Shown here piece after piece: positions 1 through 13,700 of a stretch of DNA of 64,000 nucleotides. Source of the stretch: Auanema rhodensis (taxonomy: Eukaryota; Animalia; Nematoda). Where the stretch lies: positions 20,212,001 through 20,276,000 of the forward strand of contig OZ059896.1 in the NCBI GenBank assembly GCA_964057225.1, read 5' to 3'. The notes under the pieces were generated by a model. It had not been told where the DNA came from and did not search any database. It saw only the letters and a list, made by a program, of their open reading frames with translations. A program made the translations under genes and the position numbers. Each line of letters starts with the position of its first letter. The stretch's first letter is position 1.

Positions 1-6
1 TAGTGT

Positions 7-34
7 ATGTTGAGTTTCCATGTACACTCAACAT
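7..34. repeat. Intra-monomer inverted repeat 1 (9-bp arms, 10-nt spacer), repeated along the array
   Basis: ATGTTGAGT (7-15) is the exact reverse complement of ACTCAACAT (26-34). Confidence 0.95.
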
Positions 35-61
35 TGCTTCCAAAAACATTTTGACAAAAAT

Positions 62-73
62 TTTTTCGAAAAA
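62..73. repeat. 12-bp perfect palindrome TTTTTCGAAAAA within an A/T-tract cluster
   Basis: Read directly at 62-73. It overlaps the palindrome AAAAATTTTT (56-65). No variant of the 12-mer was noticed in any copy. Confidence 0.95.
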
Positions 74-184
74 TTTCAAAATAATTTAGCAAAAAGTAGA
101 TGTTTTTAGATTCCATTTTTCAAGGCAAAGACGATGGACAGTGTTATTCAACGAAAAAATTAATTCTTCAGGGTGAAAATCGAG

Positions 185-215
185 GATATAAGTGTGAACT
201 TATATCAGTTGATAT
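185..215. repeat. Intra-monomer inverted repeat 2 (9-bp arms, 4-nt loop) with an overlapping 6-bp inverted repeat
   Basis: GATATAAGT (185-193) pairs with ACTTATATC (198-206). ATATCA (202-207) pairs with TGATAT (210-215). Confidence 0.95.
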
Positions 216-1755
216 CTCGGTGCATTTGTAAGCTAGCGCAAATCTGATAACACAGATCGAAGCAGCTTAAAAATCCGCATCGAATGCACTATACTACATT
301 GAGAAACGCTTCATACAAAAATTAGTTATGATCGTTTGAAAAATGATGCATTAGTGTATGTTGAGTTTCCATGTACACTCAACATTGCTTCCAAAAACAT
401 TTTGACAAAAATTTTTTCGAAAAATTTCAAAATAATTTAGCAAAAAGTAGATGTTTTTAGATTCCATTTTTCAAGGCAAAGACGATGGACAGTGTTATTC
501 AACGAAAAAATTAATTCTTCAGGGTGAAAATCGAGGATATAAGTGTGAACTTATATCAGTTGATATCTCGGTGCATTTGTAAGCTAGCGCAAATCTGATA
601 ACACAGATCGAAGCAGCTTAAAAATCCGCATCGAATGCACTATACTACATTGAGAAACGCTTCATACAAAAATTAGTTATGATCGTTTGAAAAATGATGC
701 ATTAGTGTATGTTGAGTTTCCATGTACACTCAACATTGCTTCCAAAAACATTTTGACAAAAATTTTTTCGAAAAATTTCGAAATAATTTAGCAAAAAGTA
801 GATGTTTTTAAATTCCTTTATTCAAGGCAAAGACGATGGACAATGTTATTCAACGAAAAAATTAATTCTTCAGGGTGAAAATCGAGGATATAAGTGTGAA
901 CTTATATCAGTTGATATCTCGGTGCATTTTTAAGCTAGCGCAAATCTGATAACACAGATCGACGCAGCTTAAAAATCCGCATCGAATGCACTATACTACA
1001 TTGAAAAACGCTTAATACAAAAATTAGTTATGATCGTTTGAAAAATGATGCATTAGTGTATGTTGAGTTTCCATGTACACTCAACATTGCTTCCAAAAAC
1101 ATTTTGACAAAAATTTTTTCGAAAAATTTCGAAATAATTTAGCAAAAAGTAGATGTTTTTAAATTCCTTTATTCAAGGCAAAGACGATGGACAATGTTAT
1201 TCAACGAAAAAATTAATTCTTCAGGGTGAAAATCGAGGATATAAGTGTGAACTTATATCAGTTGATATCTCGGTGCATTTTTAAGCTAGCGCAAATCTGA
1301 TAACACAGATCGACGCAGCTTAAAAATCCGCATTGAATGCACTATACTACATTGAGAAACGCTTAATACAAAAATTAGTTATGATCGTTTGAAAAATGAT
1401 GCATTAGTGTATGTTGAGTTTCCATGTACACTCAACATTGCTTCCAAAAACATTTTGACAAAAATTTTTTCGAAAAATTTCAAAATAATTTAGCAAAAAG
1501 TAGATGTTTTTAGATTCCTTTATTCAAGGCAAAGACGATGGACAATGTTATTCAACAAAAAAATTAATTCTTCAGGGTGAAAATCGAGGATATAAGTGTG
1601 AACTTATATCAGTTGATATCTCGGTGCATTTTTAAGCTAGCGCAAATCTGATAACACAGATCGACGCAGCTTAAAAATCCGCATCGAATGCACTATACTA
1701 CATTGAGAAACGCTTAATACAAAAATTAGTTATGATCGTTTGAAAAATGATGCAT

Positions 1756-4700
1756 TAGTGTATGTTGAGTTTCCATGTACACTCAACATTGCTTCCAAAA
1801 ACATTTTGACAAAAATTTTTTCGAAAAATTTCAAAATAATTTAGCAAAAAGTAGATGTTTTTAGATTCCATTTTTCAAGGCAAAGACGATGGACAGTGTT
1901 ATTCAACGAAAAAATTAATTCTTCAGGGTGAAAATCGAGGATATAAGTGTGAACTTATATCAGTTGATATCTCGGTGCATTTGTAAGCTAGCGCAAATCT
2001 GATAACACAGATCGAAGCAGCTTAAAAATCCGCATCGAATGCACTATACTACATTGAGAAACGCTTAATACAAAAATTAGTTATGATCGTTTGAAAAATG
2101 ATGCATTAGTGTATGTTGAGTTTCCATGTACACTCAACATTGCTTCCAAAAACATTTTGACAAAAATTTTTTCGAAAAATTTCGAAATAATTTAGCAAAA
2201 AGTAGATGTTTTTAAATTCCTTTATTCAAGGCAAAGACGATGGACAATGTTATTCAACGAAAAAATTAATTCTTCAGGGTGAAAATCGAGGATATAAGTG
2301 TGAACTTATATCAGTTGATATCTCGGTGCATTTTTAAGCTAGCGCAAATCTGATAACACAGATCGACGCAGCTTAAAAATCCGCATCGAATGCACTATAC
2401 TACATTGAAAAACGCTTAATACAAAAATTAGTTATGATCGTTTGAAAAATGATGCATTAGTGTATGTTGAGTTTCCATGTACACTCAACATTGCTTCCAA
2501 AAACATTTTGACAAAAATTTTTTCGAAAAATTTCAAAATAATTTAGCAAAAAGTAGATGTTTTTAGATTCCATTTTTCAAGGCAAAGACGATGGACAATG
2601 TTATTCAACGAAAAAATTAATTCTTCAGGGTGAAAATCGAGGATATAAGTGTGAACTTATATCAGTTGATATCTCGGTGCATTTTTAAGCTAGCGCAAAT
2701 CTGATAACACAGATCGACGCAGCTTAAAAATCCGCATCGAATGCACTATACTACATTGAAAAACGCTTAATACAAAAATTAGTTATGATCGTTTGAAAAA
2801 TGATGCATTAGTGTATGTTGAGTTTCCATGTACACTCAACATTGCTTCCAAAAACATTTTGACAAAAATTTTTTCGAAAAATTTCAAAATAATTTAGCAA
2901 AAAGTAGATGTTTTTAGATTCCATTTTTCAAGGCAAAGACGATGGACAATGTTATTCAACGAAAAAATTAATTCTTCAGGGTGAAAATCGAGGATATAAG
3001 TGTGAACTTATATCAGTTGATATCTCGGTGCATTTTTAAGCTAGCGCAAATCTGATAACACAGATCGACGCAGCTTAAAAATCCGCATTGAATGCACTAT
3101 ACTACATTGAGAAACGCTTAATACAAAAATTAGTTATGATCGTTTGAAAAATGATGCATTAGTGTATGTTGAGTTTCCATGTACACTCAACATTGCTTCC
3201 AAAAACATTTTGACAAAAATTTTTTCGAAAAATTTCAAAATAATTTAGCAAAAAGTAGATGTTTTTAGATTCCTTTATTCAAGGCAAAGACGATGGACAA
3301 TGTTATTCAACGAAAAAATTAATTCTTTAGGGTGAAAATCGAGGATATAAGTGTGAACTTATATCAGTTGATATCTTGGTGCATTTTTAAGCTAGCGCAA
3401 ATCTGATAACACAGATCGACGCAGCTTAAAAATCCGCATCGAATGCACTATACTACATTGAAAAACGCTTAATACAAAAATTAGTTATGATCGTTTGAAA
3501 AATGATGCATTAGTGTATGTTGAGTTTCCATGTACACTCAACATTGCTTCCAAAAACATTTTGACAAAAATTTTTTCGAAAAATTTCAAAATAATTTAGC
3601 GAAAAGTAGATGTTTTTAGATTCCATTTTTCAAGGCAAAGACGATGGACAGTGTTATTCAACGAAAAAATTGATTCTTCAGGGTGAAAATCGAGGATATA
3701 AGTGTGAACTTATATCAGTTGATATCTTGGTGCATTTTTAAGCTAGCGCAAATCTGATAACACAGATCGACGCAGCTTAAAAATCCGCATCGAATGCACT
3801 ATACTACATTGAAAAACGCTTAATACAAAAATTAGTTATGATCGTTTGAAAAATGATGCATTAGTGTATGTTGAGTTTCCATGTACACTCAACATTGCTT
3901 CCAAAAACATTTTGACAAAAATTTTTTCGAAAAATTTCAAAATAATTTAGCAAAAAGTAGATGTTTTTAGATTCCATTTTTCAAGGCAAAGACGATGGAC
4001 AGTGTTATTCAACGAAAAAATTAATTCTTCAGGGTGAAAATCGAGGATATAAGTGTGAACTTATATCAGTTGATATCTCGGTGCATTTTTAAGCTAGCGC
4101 AAATCTGATAACAAAGATCGACGCAGCTTAAAAATCCGCATCGAATGCACTATACTACATTGAGAAACGCTTAATACAAAAATTAGTTATGATCGTTTGA
4201 AAAATGATGCATTAGTGTATGTTGAGTTTCCATGTACACTCAACATTGCTTCCAAAAACATTTTGACAAAAATTTTTTCGAAAAATTTCAAAATAATTTA
4301 GCAAAAAGTAGATGTTTTTAGATTCCATTTTTCAAGGCAAAGACGATGGACAGTGTTATTCAACGAAAAAATTAATTCTTCAGGGTGAAAATCGAGGATA
4401 TAAGTGTGAACTTATATCAGTTGATATCTCGGTGCATTTGTAAGCTAGCGCAAATCTGATAACACAGATCGAAGCAGCTTAAAAATCCGCATCGAATGCA
4501 CTATACTACATTGAGAAACGCTTAATACAAAAATTAGTTATGATCGTTTGAAAAATGATGCATTAGTGTATGTTGAGTTTCCATGTACACTCAACATTGC
4601 TTCCAAAAACATTTTGACAAAAATTTTTTCGAAAAATTTCAAAATAATTTAGCAAAAAGTAGATGTTTTTAGATTCCATTTTTCAAGGCAAAGACGATGG

Positions 4701-7700
4701 ACAGTGTTATTCAACGAAAAAATTAATTCTTCAGGGTGAAAATCGAGGATATAAGTGTGAACTTATATCAGTTGATATCTCGGTGCATTTGTAAGCTAGC
4801 GCAAATCTGATAACACAGATCGAAGCAGCTTAAAAATCCGCATCGAATGCACTATACTACATTGAGAAACGCTTAATACAAAAATTAGTTATGATCGTTT
4901 GAAAAATGATGCATTAGTGTATGTTGAGTTTCCATGTACACTCAACATTGCTTCCAAAAACATTTTGACAAAAATTTTTTCGAAAAATTTCAAAATAATT
5001 TAGCAAAAAGTAGATGTTTTTAGATTCCTTTATTCAAGGCAAAGACGATGGACAATGTTATTCAACGAAAAAATTAATTCTTTAGGGTGAAAATCGAGGA
5101 TATAAGTGTGAACTTATATCAGTTGATATCTTGGTGCATTTTTAAGCTAGCGCAAATCTGATAACACAGATCGACGCAGCTTAAAAATCCGCATCGAATG
5201 CACTATACTACATTGAAAAACGCTTAATACAAAAATTAGTTATGATCGTTTGAAAAATGATGCATTAGTGTATGTTGAGTTTCCATGTACACTCAACATT
5301 GCTTCCAAAAACATTTTGACAAAAATTTTTTCGAAAAATTTCAAAATAATTTAGCAAAAAGTAGATGTTTTTAGATTCCATTTTTCAAGGCAAAGACGAT
5401 GGACAGTGTTATTCAACGAAAAAATTGATTCTTCAGGGTGAAAATCGAGGATATAAGTGTGAACTTATATCAGTTGATATCTTGGTGCATTTTTAAGCTA
5501 GCGCAAATCTGATAACACAGATCGACGCAGCTTAAAAATCCGCATCGAATGCACTATACTACATTGAAAAACGCTTAATACAAAAATTAGTTATGATCGT
5601 TTGAAAAATGATGCATTAGTGTATGTTGAGTTTCCATGTACACTCAACATTGCTTCCAAAAACATTTTGACAAAAATTTTTTCGAAAAATTTCAAAATAA
5701 TTTAGCAAAAAGTAGATGTTTTTAGATTCCATTTTTCAAGGCAAAGACGATGGACAGTGTTATTCAACGAAAAAATTAATTCTTCAGGGTGAAAATCGAG
5801 GATATAAGTGTGAACTTATATCAGTTGATATCTCGGTGCATTTTTAAGCTAGCGCAAATCTGATAACAAAGATCGACGCAGCTTAAAAATCCGCATCGAA
5901 TGCACTATACTACATTGAGAAACGCTTAATACAAAAATTAGTTATGATCGTTTGAAAAATGATGCATTAGTGTATGTTGAGTTTCCATGTACACTCAACA
6001 TTGCTTCCAAAAACATTTTGACAAAAATTTTTTCGAAAAATTTCAAAATAATTTAGCAAAAAGTAGATGTTTTTAGATTCCATTTTTCAAGGCAAAGACG
6101 ATGGACAGTGTTATTCAACGAAAAAATTAATTCTTCAGGGTGAAAATCGAGGATATAAGTGTGAACTTATATCAGTTGATATCTCGGTGCATTTGTAAGC
6201 TAGCGCAAATCTGATAACACAGATCGAAGCAGCTTAAAAATCCGCATCGAATGCACTATACTACATTGAGAAACGCTTAATACAAAAATTAGTTATGATC
6301 GTTTGAAAAATGATGCATTAGTGTATGTTGAGTTTCCATGTACACTCAACATTGCTTCCAAAAACATTTTGACAAAAATTTTTTCGAAAAATTTCAAAAT
6401 AATTTAGCAAAAAGTAGATGTTTTTAGATTCCATTTTTCAAGGCAAAGACGATGGACAGTGTTATTCAACGAAAAAATTAATTCTTCAGGGTGAAAATCG
6501 AGGATATAAGTGTGAACTTATATCAGTTGATATCTCGGTGCATTTGTAAGCTAGCGCAAATCTGATAACACAGATCGAAGCAGCTTAAAAATCCGCATCG
6601 AATGCACTATACTACATTGAGAAACGCTTAATACAAAAATTAGTTATGATCGTTTGAAAAATGATGCATTAGTGTATGTTGAGTTTCCATGTACACTCAA
6701 CATTGCTTCCAAAAACATTTTGACAAAAATTTTTTCGAAAAATTTCGAAATAATTTAGCAAAAAGTAGATGTTTTTAAATTCCTTTATTCAAGGCAAAGA
6801 CGATGGACAATGTTATTCAACGAAAAAATTAATTCTTCAGGGTGAAAATCGAGGATATAAGTGTGAACTTATATCAGTTGATATCTCGGTGCATTTTTAA
6901 GCTAGCGCAAATCTGATAACACAGATCGACGCAGCTTAAAAATCCGCATCGAATGCACTATACTACATTGAAAAACGCTTAATACAAAAATTAGTTATGA
7001 TCGTTTGAAAAATGATGCATTAGTGTATGTTGAGTTTCCATGTACACTCAACATTGCTTCCAAAAACATTTTGACAAAAATTTTTTCGAAAAATTTCGAA
7101 ATAATTTAGCAAAAAGTAGATGTTTTTAAATTCCTTTATTCAAGGCAAAGACGATGGACAATGTTATTCAACGAAAAAATTAATTCTTCAGGGTGAAAAT
7201 CGAGGATATAAGTGTGAACTTATATCAGTTGATATCTCGGTGCATTTTTAAGCTAGCGCAAATCTGATAACACAGATCGACGCAGCTTAAAAATCCGCAT
7301 CGAATGCACTATACTACATTGAAAAACGCTTAATACAAAAATTAGTTATGATCGTTTGAAAAATGATGCATTAGTGTATGTTGAGTTTCCATGTACACTC
7401 AACATTGCTTCCAAAAACATTTTGACAAAAATTTTTTCGAAAAATTTCAAAATAATTTAGCAAAAAGTAGATGTTTTTAGATTCCATTTTTCAAGGCAAA
7501 GACGATGGACAGTGTTATTCAACGAAAAAATTAATTCTTCAGGGTGAAAATCGAGGATATAAGTGTGAACTAATATCAGTTGATATCTCGGTGCATTTGT
7601 AAGCTAGCGCAAATCTGATAACACAGATCGAAGCAGCTTAAAAATCCGCATCGAATGCACTATACTACATTGAGAAACGCTTAATACAAAAATTAGTTAT

Positions 7701-10700
7701 GATCGTTTGAAAAATGATGCATTAGTGTATGTTGAGTTTCCATGTACACTCAACATTGCTTCCAAAAACATTTTGACAAAAATTTTTTCGAAAAATTTCG
7801 AAATAATTTAGCAAAAAGTAGATGTTTTTAAATTCCTTTATTCAAGGCAAAGACGATGGACAATGTTATTCAACGAAAAAATTAATTCTTCAGGGTGAAA
7901 ATCGAGGATATAAGTGTGAACTTATATCAGTTGATATCTCGGTGCATTTTTAAGCTAGCGCAAATCTGATAACACAGATCGACGCAGCTTAAAAATCCGC
8001 ATCGAATGCACTATACTACATTGAAAAACGCTTAATACAAAAATTAGTTATGATCGTTTGAAAAATGATGCATTAGTGTATGTTGAGTTTCCATGTACAC
8101 TCAACATTGCTTCCAAAAACATTTTGACAAAAATTTTTTCGAAAAATTTCAAAATAATTTAGCAAAAAGTAGATGTTTTTAGATTCCATTTTTCAAGGCA
8201 AAGACGATGGACAATGTTATTCAACGAAAAAATTAATTCTTCAGGGTGAAAATCGAGGATATAAGTGTGAACTTATATCAGTTGATATCTCGGTGCATTT
8301 TTAAGCTAGCGCAAATCTGATAACACAGATCGACGCAGCTTAAAAATCCGCATTGAATGCACTATACTACATTGAGAAACGCTTAATACAAAAATTAGTT
8401 ATGATCGTTTGAAAAATGATGCATTAGTGTATGTTGAGTTTCCATGTACACTCAACATTGCTTCCAAAAACATTTTGACAAAAATTTTTTCGAAAAATTT
8501 CAAAATAATTTAGCAAAAAGTAGATGTTTTTAGATTCCTTTATTCAAGGCAAAGACGATGGACAATGTTATTCAACGAAAAAATTAATTCTTTAGGGTGA
8601 AAATCGAGGATATAAGTGTGAACTTATATCAGTTGATATCTTGGTGCATTTTTAAGCTAGCGCAAATCTGATAACACAGATCGACGCAGCTTAAAAATCC
8701 GCATCGAATGCACTATACTACATTGAAAAACGCTTAATACAAAAATTAGTTATGATCGTTTGAAAAATGATGCATTAGTGTATGTTGAGTTTCCATGTAC
8801 ACTCAACATTGCTTCCAAAAACATTTTGACAAAAATTTTTTCGAAAAATTTCAAAATAATTTAGCAAAAAGTAGATGTTTTTAGATTCCATTTTTCAAGG
8901 CAAAGACGATGGACAGTGTTATTCAACGAAAAAATTGATTCTTCAGGGTGAAAATCGAGGATATAAGTGTGAACTTATATCAGTTGATATCTTGGTGCAT
9001 TTTTAAGCTAGCGCAAATCTGATAACACAGATCGACGCAGCTTAAAAATCCGCATCGAATGCACTATACTACATTGAAAAACGCTTAATACAAAAATTAG
9101 TTATGATCGTTTGAAAAATGATGCATTAGTGTATGTTGAGTTTCCATGTACACTCAACATTGCTTCCAAAAACATTTTGACAAAAATTTTTTCGAAAAAT
9201 TTCAAAATAATTTAGCAAAAAGTAGATGTTTTTAGATTCCATTTTTCAAGGCAAAGACGATGGACAGTGTTATTCAACGAAAAAATTAATTCTTCAGGGT
9301 GAAAATCGAGGATATAAGTGTGAACTTATATCAGTTGATATCTCGGTGCATTTTTAAGCTAGCGCAAATCTGATAACAAAGATCGACGCAGCTTAAAAAT
9401 CCGCATCGAATGCACTATACTACATTGAGAAACGCTTAATACAAAAATTAGTTATGATCGTTTGAAAAATGATGCATTAGTGTATGTTGAGTTTCCATGT
9501 ACACTCAACATTGCTTCCAAAAACATTTTGACAAAAATTTTTTCGAAAAATTTCGAAATAATTTAGCAAAAAGTAGATGTTTTTAAATTCCTTTATTCAA
9601 GGCAAAGACGATGGACAATGTTATTCAACGAAAAAATTAATTCTTCAGGGTGAAAATCGAGGATATAAGTGTGAACTTATATCAGTTGATATCTCGGTGC
9701 ATTTTTAAGCTAGCGCAAATCTGATAACACAGATCGACGCAGCTTAAAAATCCGCATCGAATGCACTATACTACATTGAAAAACGCTTAATACAAAAATT
9801 AGTTATGATCGTTTGAAAAATGATGCATTAGTGTATGTTGAGTTTCCATGTACACTCAACATTGCTTCCAAAAACATTTTGACAAAAATTTTTTCGAAAA
9901 ATTTCAAAATAATTTAGCAAAAAGTAGATGTTTTTAGATTCCATTTTTCAAGGCAAAGACGATGGACAATGTTATTCAACGAAAAAATTAATTCTTCAGG
10001 GTGAAAATCGAGGATATAAGTGTGAACTTATATCAGTTGATATCTCGGTGCATTTTTAAGCTAGCGCAAATCTGATAACACAGATCGACGCAGCTTAAAA
10101 ATCCGCATCGAATGCACTATACTACATTGAAAAACGCTTAATACAAAAATTAGTTATGATCGTTTGAAAAATGATGCATTAGTGTATGTTGAGTTTCCAT
10201 GTACACTCAACATTGCTTCCAAAAACATTTTGACAAAAATTTTTTCGAAAAATTTCAAAATAATTTAGCAAAAAGTAGATGTTTTTAGATTCCATTTTTC
10301 AAGGCAAAGACGATGGACAGTGTTATTCAACGAAAAAATTAATTCTTCAGGGTGAAAATCGAGGATATAAGTGTGAACTTATATCAGTTGATATCTCGGT
10401 GCATTTTTAAGCTAGCGCAAATCTGATAACAAAGATCGACGCAGCTTAAAAATCCGCATCGAATGCACTATACTACATTGAGAAACGCTTAATACAAAAA
10501 TTAGTTATGATCGTTTGAAAAATGATGCATTAGTGTATGTTGAGTTTCCATGTACACTCAACATTGCTTCCAAAAACATTTTGACAAAAATTTTTTCGAA
10601 AAATTTCGAAATAATTTAGCAAAAAGTAGATGTTTTTAAATTCCTTTATTCAAGGCAAAGACGATGGACAATGTTATTCAACGAAAAAATTAATTCTTCA

Positions 10701-13700
10701 GGGTGAAAATCGAGGATATAAGTGTGAACTTATATCAGTTGATATCTCGGTGCATTTTTAAGCTAGCGCAAATCTGATAACACAGATCGACGCAGCTTAA
10801 AAATCCGCATCGAATGCACTATACTACATTGAAAAACGCTTAATACAAAAATTAGTTATGATCGTTTGAAAAATGATGCATTAGTGTATGTTGAGTTTCC
10901 ATGTACACTCAACATTGCTTCCAAAAACATTTTGACAAAAATTTTTTCGAAAAATTTCGAAATAATTTAGCAAAAAGTAGATGTTTTTAGATTCCATTTT
11001 TCAAGGCAAAGACGATGGACAATGTTATTCAACGAAAAAATTAATTCTTCAGGGTGAAAATCGAGGATATAAGTGTGAACTTATATCAGTTGATATCTCG
11101 GTGCATTTTTAAGCTAGCGCAAATCTGATAACACAGATCGACGCAGCTTAAAAATCCGCATTGAATGCACTATACTACATTGAGAAACGCTTAATACAAA
11201 AATTAGTTATGATCGTTTGAAAAATGATGCATTAGTGTATGTTGAGTTTCCATGTACACTCAACATTGCTTCCAAAAACATTTTGACAAAAATTTTTTCG
11301 AAAAATTTCAAAATAATTTAGCAAAAAGTAGATGTTTTTAGATTCCTTTATTCAAGGCAAAGACGATGGACAATGTTATTCAACGAAAAAATTAATTCTT
11401 TAGGGTGAAAATCGAGGATATAAGTGTGAACTTATATCAGTTGATATCTTGGTGCATTTTTAAGCTAGCGCAAATCTGATAACACAGATCGACGCAGCTT
11501 AAAAATCCGCATCGAATGCACTATACTTCATTGAAAAACGCTTAATACAAAAATTAGTTATGATCGTTTGAAAAATGATGCATTAGTGTATGTTGAGTTT
11601 CCATGTACACTCAACATTGCTTCCAAAAACATTTTGACAAAAATTTTTTCGAAAAATTTCAAAATAATTTAGCAAAAAGTAGATGTTTTTAGATTCCATT
11701 TTTCAAGGCAAAGACGATGGACAGTGTTATTCAACGAAAAAATTGATTCTTCAGGGTGAAAATCGAGGATATAAGTGTGAACTTATATCAGTTGATATCT
11801 TGGTGCATTTTTAAGCTAGCGCAAATCTGATAACACAGATCGACGCAGCTTAAAAATCCGCATCGAATGCACTATACTACATTGAAAAACGCTTAATACA
11901 AAAATTAGTTATGATCGTTTGAAAAATGATGCATTAGTGTATGTTGAGTTTCCATGTACACTCAACATTGCTTCCAAAAACATTTTGACAAAAATTTTTT
12001 CGAAAAATTTCAAAATAATTTAGCAAAAAGTAGATGTTTTTAGATTCCATTTTTCAAGGCAAAGACGATGGACAGTGTTATTCAACGAAAAAATTAATTC
12101 TTCAGGGTGAAAATCGAGGATATAAGTGTGAACTTATATCAGTTGATATCTCGGTGCATTTTTAAGCTAGCGCAAATCTGATAACAAAGATCGACGCAGC
12201 TTAAAAATCCGCATCGAATGCACTATACTACATTGAGAAACGCTTAATACAAAAATTAGTTATGATCGTTTGAAAAATGATGCATTAGTGTATGTTGAGT
12301 TTCCATGTACACTCAACATTGCTTCCAAAAACATTTTGACAAAAATTTTTTCGAAAAATTTCAAAATAATTTAGCAAAAAGTAGATGTTTTTAGATTCCA
12401 TTTTTCAAGGCAAAGACGATGGACAGTGTTATTCAACGAAAAAATTAATTCTTCAGGGTGAAAATCGAGGATATAAGTGTGAACTTATATCAGTTGATAT
12501 CTCGGTGCATTTGTAAGCTAGCGCAAATCTGATAACACAGATCGACGCAGCTTAAAAATCCGCATCGAATGCACTATACTACATTGAAAAACGCTTAATA
12601 CAAAAATTAGTTATGATCGTTTGAAAAATGATGCATTAGTGTATGTTGAGTTTCCATGTACACTCAACATTGCTTCCAAAAACATTTTGACAAAAATTTT
12701 TTCGAAAAATTTCGAAATAATTTAGCAAAAAGTAGATGTTTTTAGATTCCATTTTTCAAGGCAAAGACGATGGACAGTGTTATTCAACGAAAAAATTAAT
12801 TCTTCAGGGTGAAAATCGAGGATATAAGTGTGAACTTATATCAGTTGATATCTCGGTGCATTTTTAAGCTAGCGCAAATCTGATAACACAGATCGACGCA
12901 GCTTAAAAATCCGCATCGAATGCACTATACTACATTGAAAAACGCTTAATACAAAAATTAGTTATGATCGTTTGAAAAATGATGCATTAGTGTATGTTGA
13001 GTTTCCATGTACACTCAACATTGCTTCCAAAAACATTTTGACAAAAATTTTTTCGAAAAATTTCAAAATAATTTAGCAAAAAGTAGATGTTTTTAGATTC
13101 CATTTTTCAAGGCAAAGACGATGGACAGTGTTATTCAACGAAAAAATTAATTCTTCAGGGTGAAAATCGAGGATATAAGTGTGAACTTATATCAGTTGAT
13201 ATCTCGGTGCATTTGTAAGCTAGCGCAAATCTGATAACACAGATCGAAGCAGCTTAAAAATCCGCATCGAATGCACTATACTACATTGAGAAACGCTTAA
13301 TACAAAAATTAGTTATGATCGTTTGAAAAATGATGCATTAGTGTATGTTGAGTTTCCATGTACACTCAACATTGCTTCCAAAAACATTTTGACAAAAATT
13401 TTTTCGAAAAATTTCGAAATAATTTAGCAAAAAGTAGATGTTTTTAAATTCCTTTATTCAAGGCAAAGACGATGGACAATGTTATTCAACGAAAAAATTA
13501 ATTCTTCAGGGTGAAAATCGAGGATATAAGTGTGAACTTATATCAGTTGATATCTCGGTGCATTTTTAAGCTAGCGCAAATCTGATAACACAGATCGACG
13601 CAGCTTAAAAATCCGCATCGAATGCACTATACTACATTGAAAAACGCTTAATACAAAAATTAGTTATGATCGTTTGAAAAATGATGCATTAGTGTATGTT

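Larger units (their letters stand above)
1..351. repeat. Reference monomer (phase arbitrary), about 32% GC, rich in A/T tracts
   Basis: The next copy starts at 352. Hand count gives 112 G+C in 351 nt. It has single NheI (GCTAGC, 232-237), EcoRV (GATATC, 211-216) and NsiI (ATGCAT, 346-351) sites, so a partial digest would give a 351-bp ladder. Confidence 0.98.

Noticed and set aside
140-156. CENP-B-box-like motif on the minus strand (TTTCGTTGAATAACA..)
   Set aside because: It matches TTCG and the central A of NTTCGNNNNANNCGGGN but lacks CGGG, which is expected by chance.
185-230. Intrinsic terminator or promoter-like motifs (hairpin, TATAAG, T-run)
   Set aside because: There is no gene context, the stem is AT-rich and the T-run is not adjacent. 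Such motifs are expected in 68% AT DNA.
1-351. Tandem 5S rRNA, tRNA, snRNA or spliced-leader gene unit
   Set aside because: No recognisable 5S sequence, cloverleaf, pol III A/B boxes or SL exon on either strand. An Rfam/Infernal search would be the formal test.
1-351. Assignment to a named satellite (Drosophila 359-bp, Tribolium about 350-360 bp, Anopheles X/Y satellites)
   Set aside because: Only length and AT-richness are similar. I cannot verify sequence homology without a search.
1-351. Monomer as an ancient dimer of about 175 bp or as a MITE/Helitron derivative
   Set aside because: The halves share only short A-tract words (for example ACAAAAATT). No terminal inverted repeats, target-site duplications or element ends are visible.
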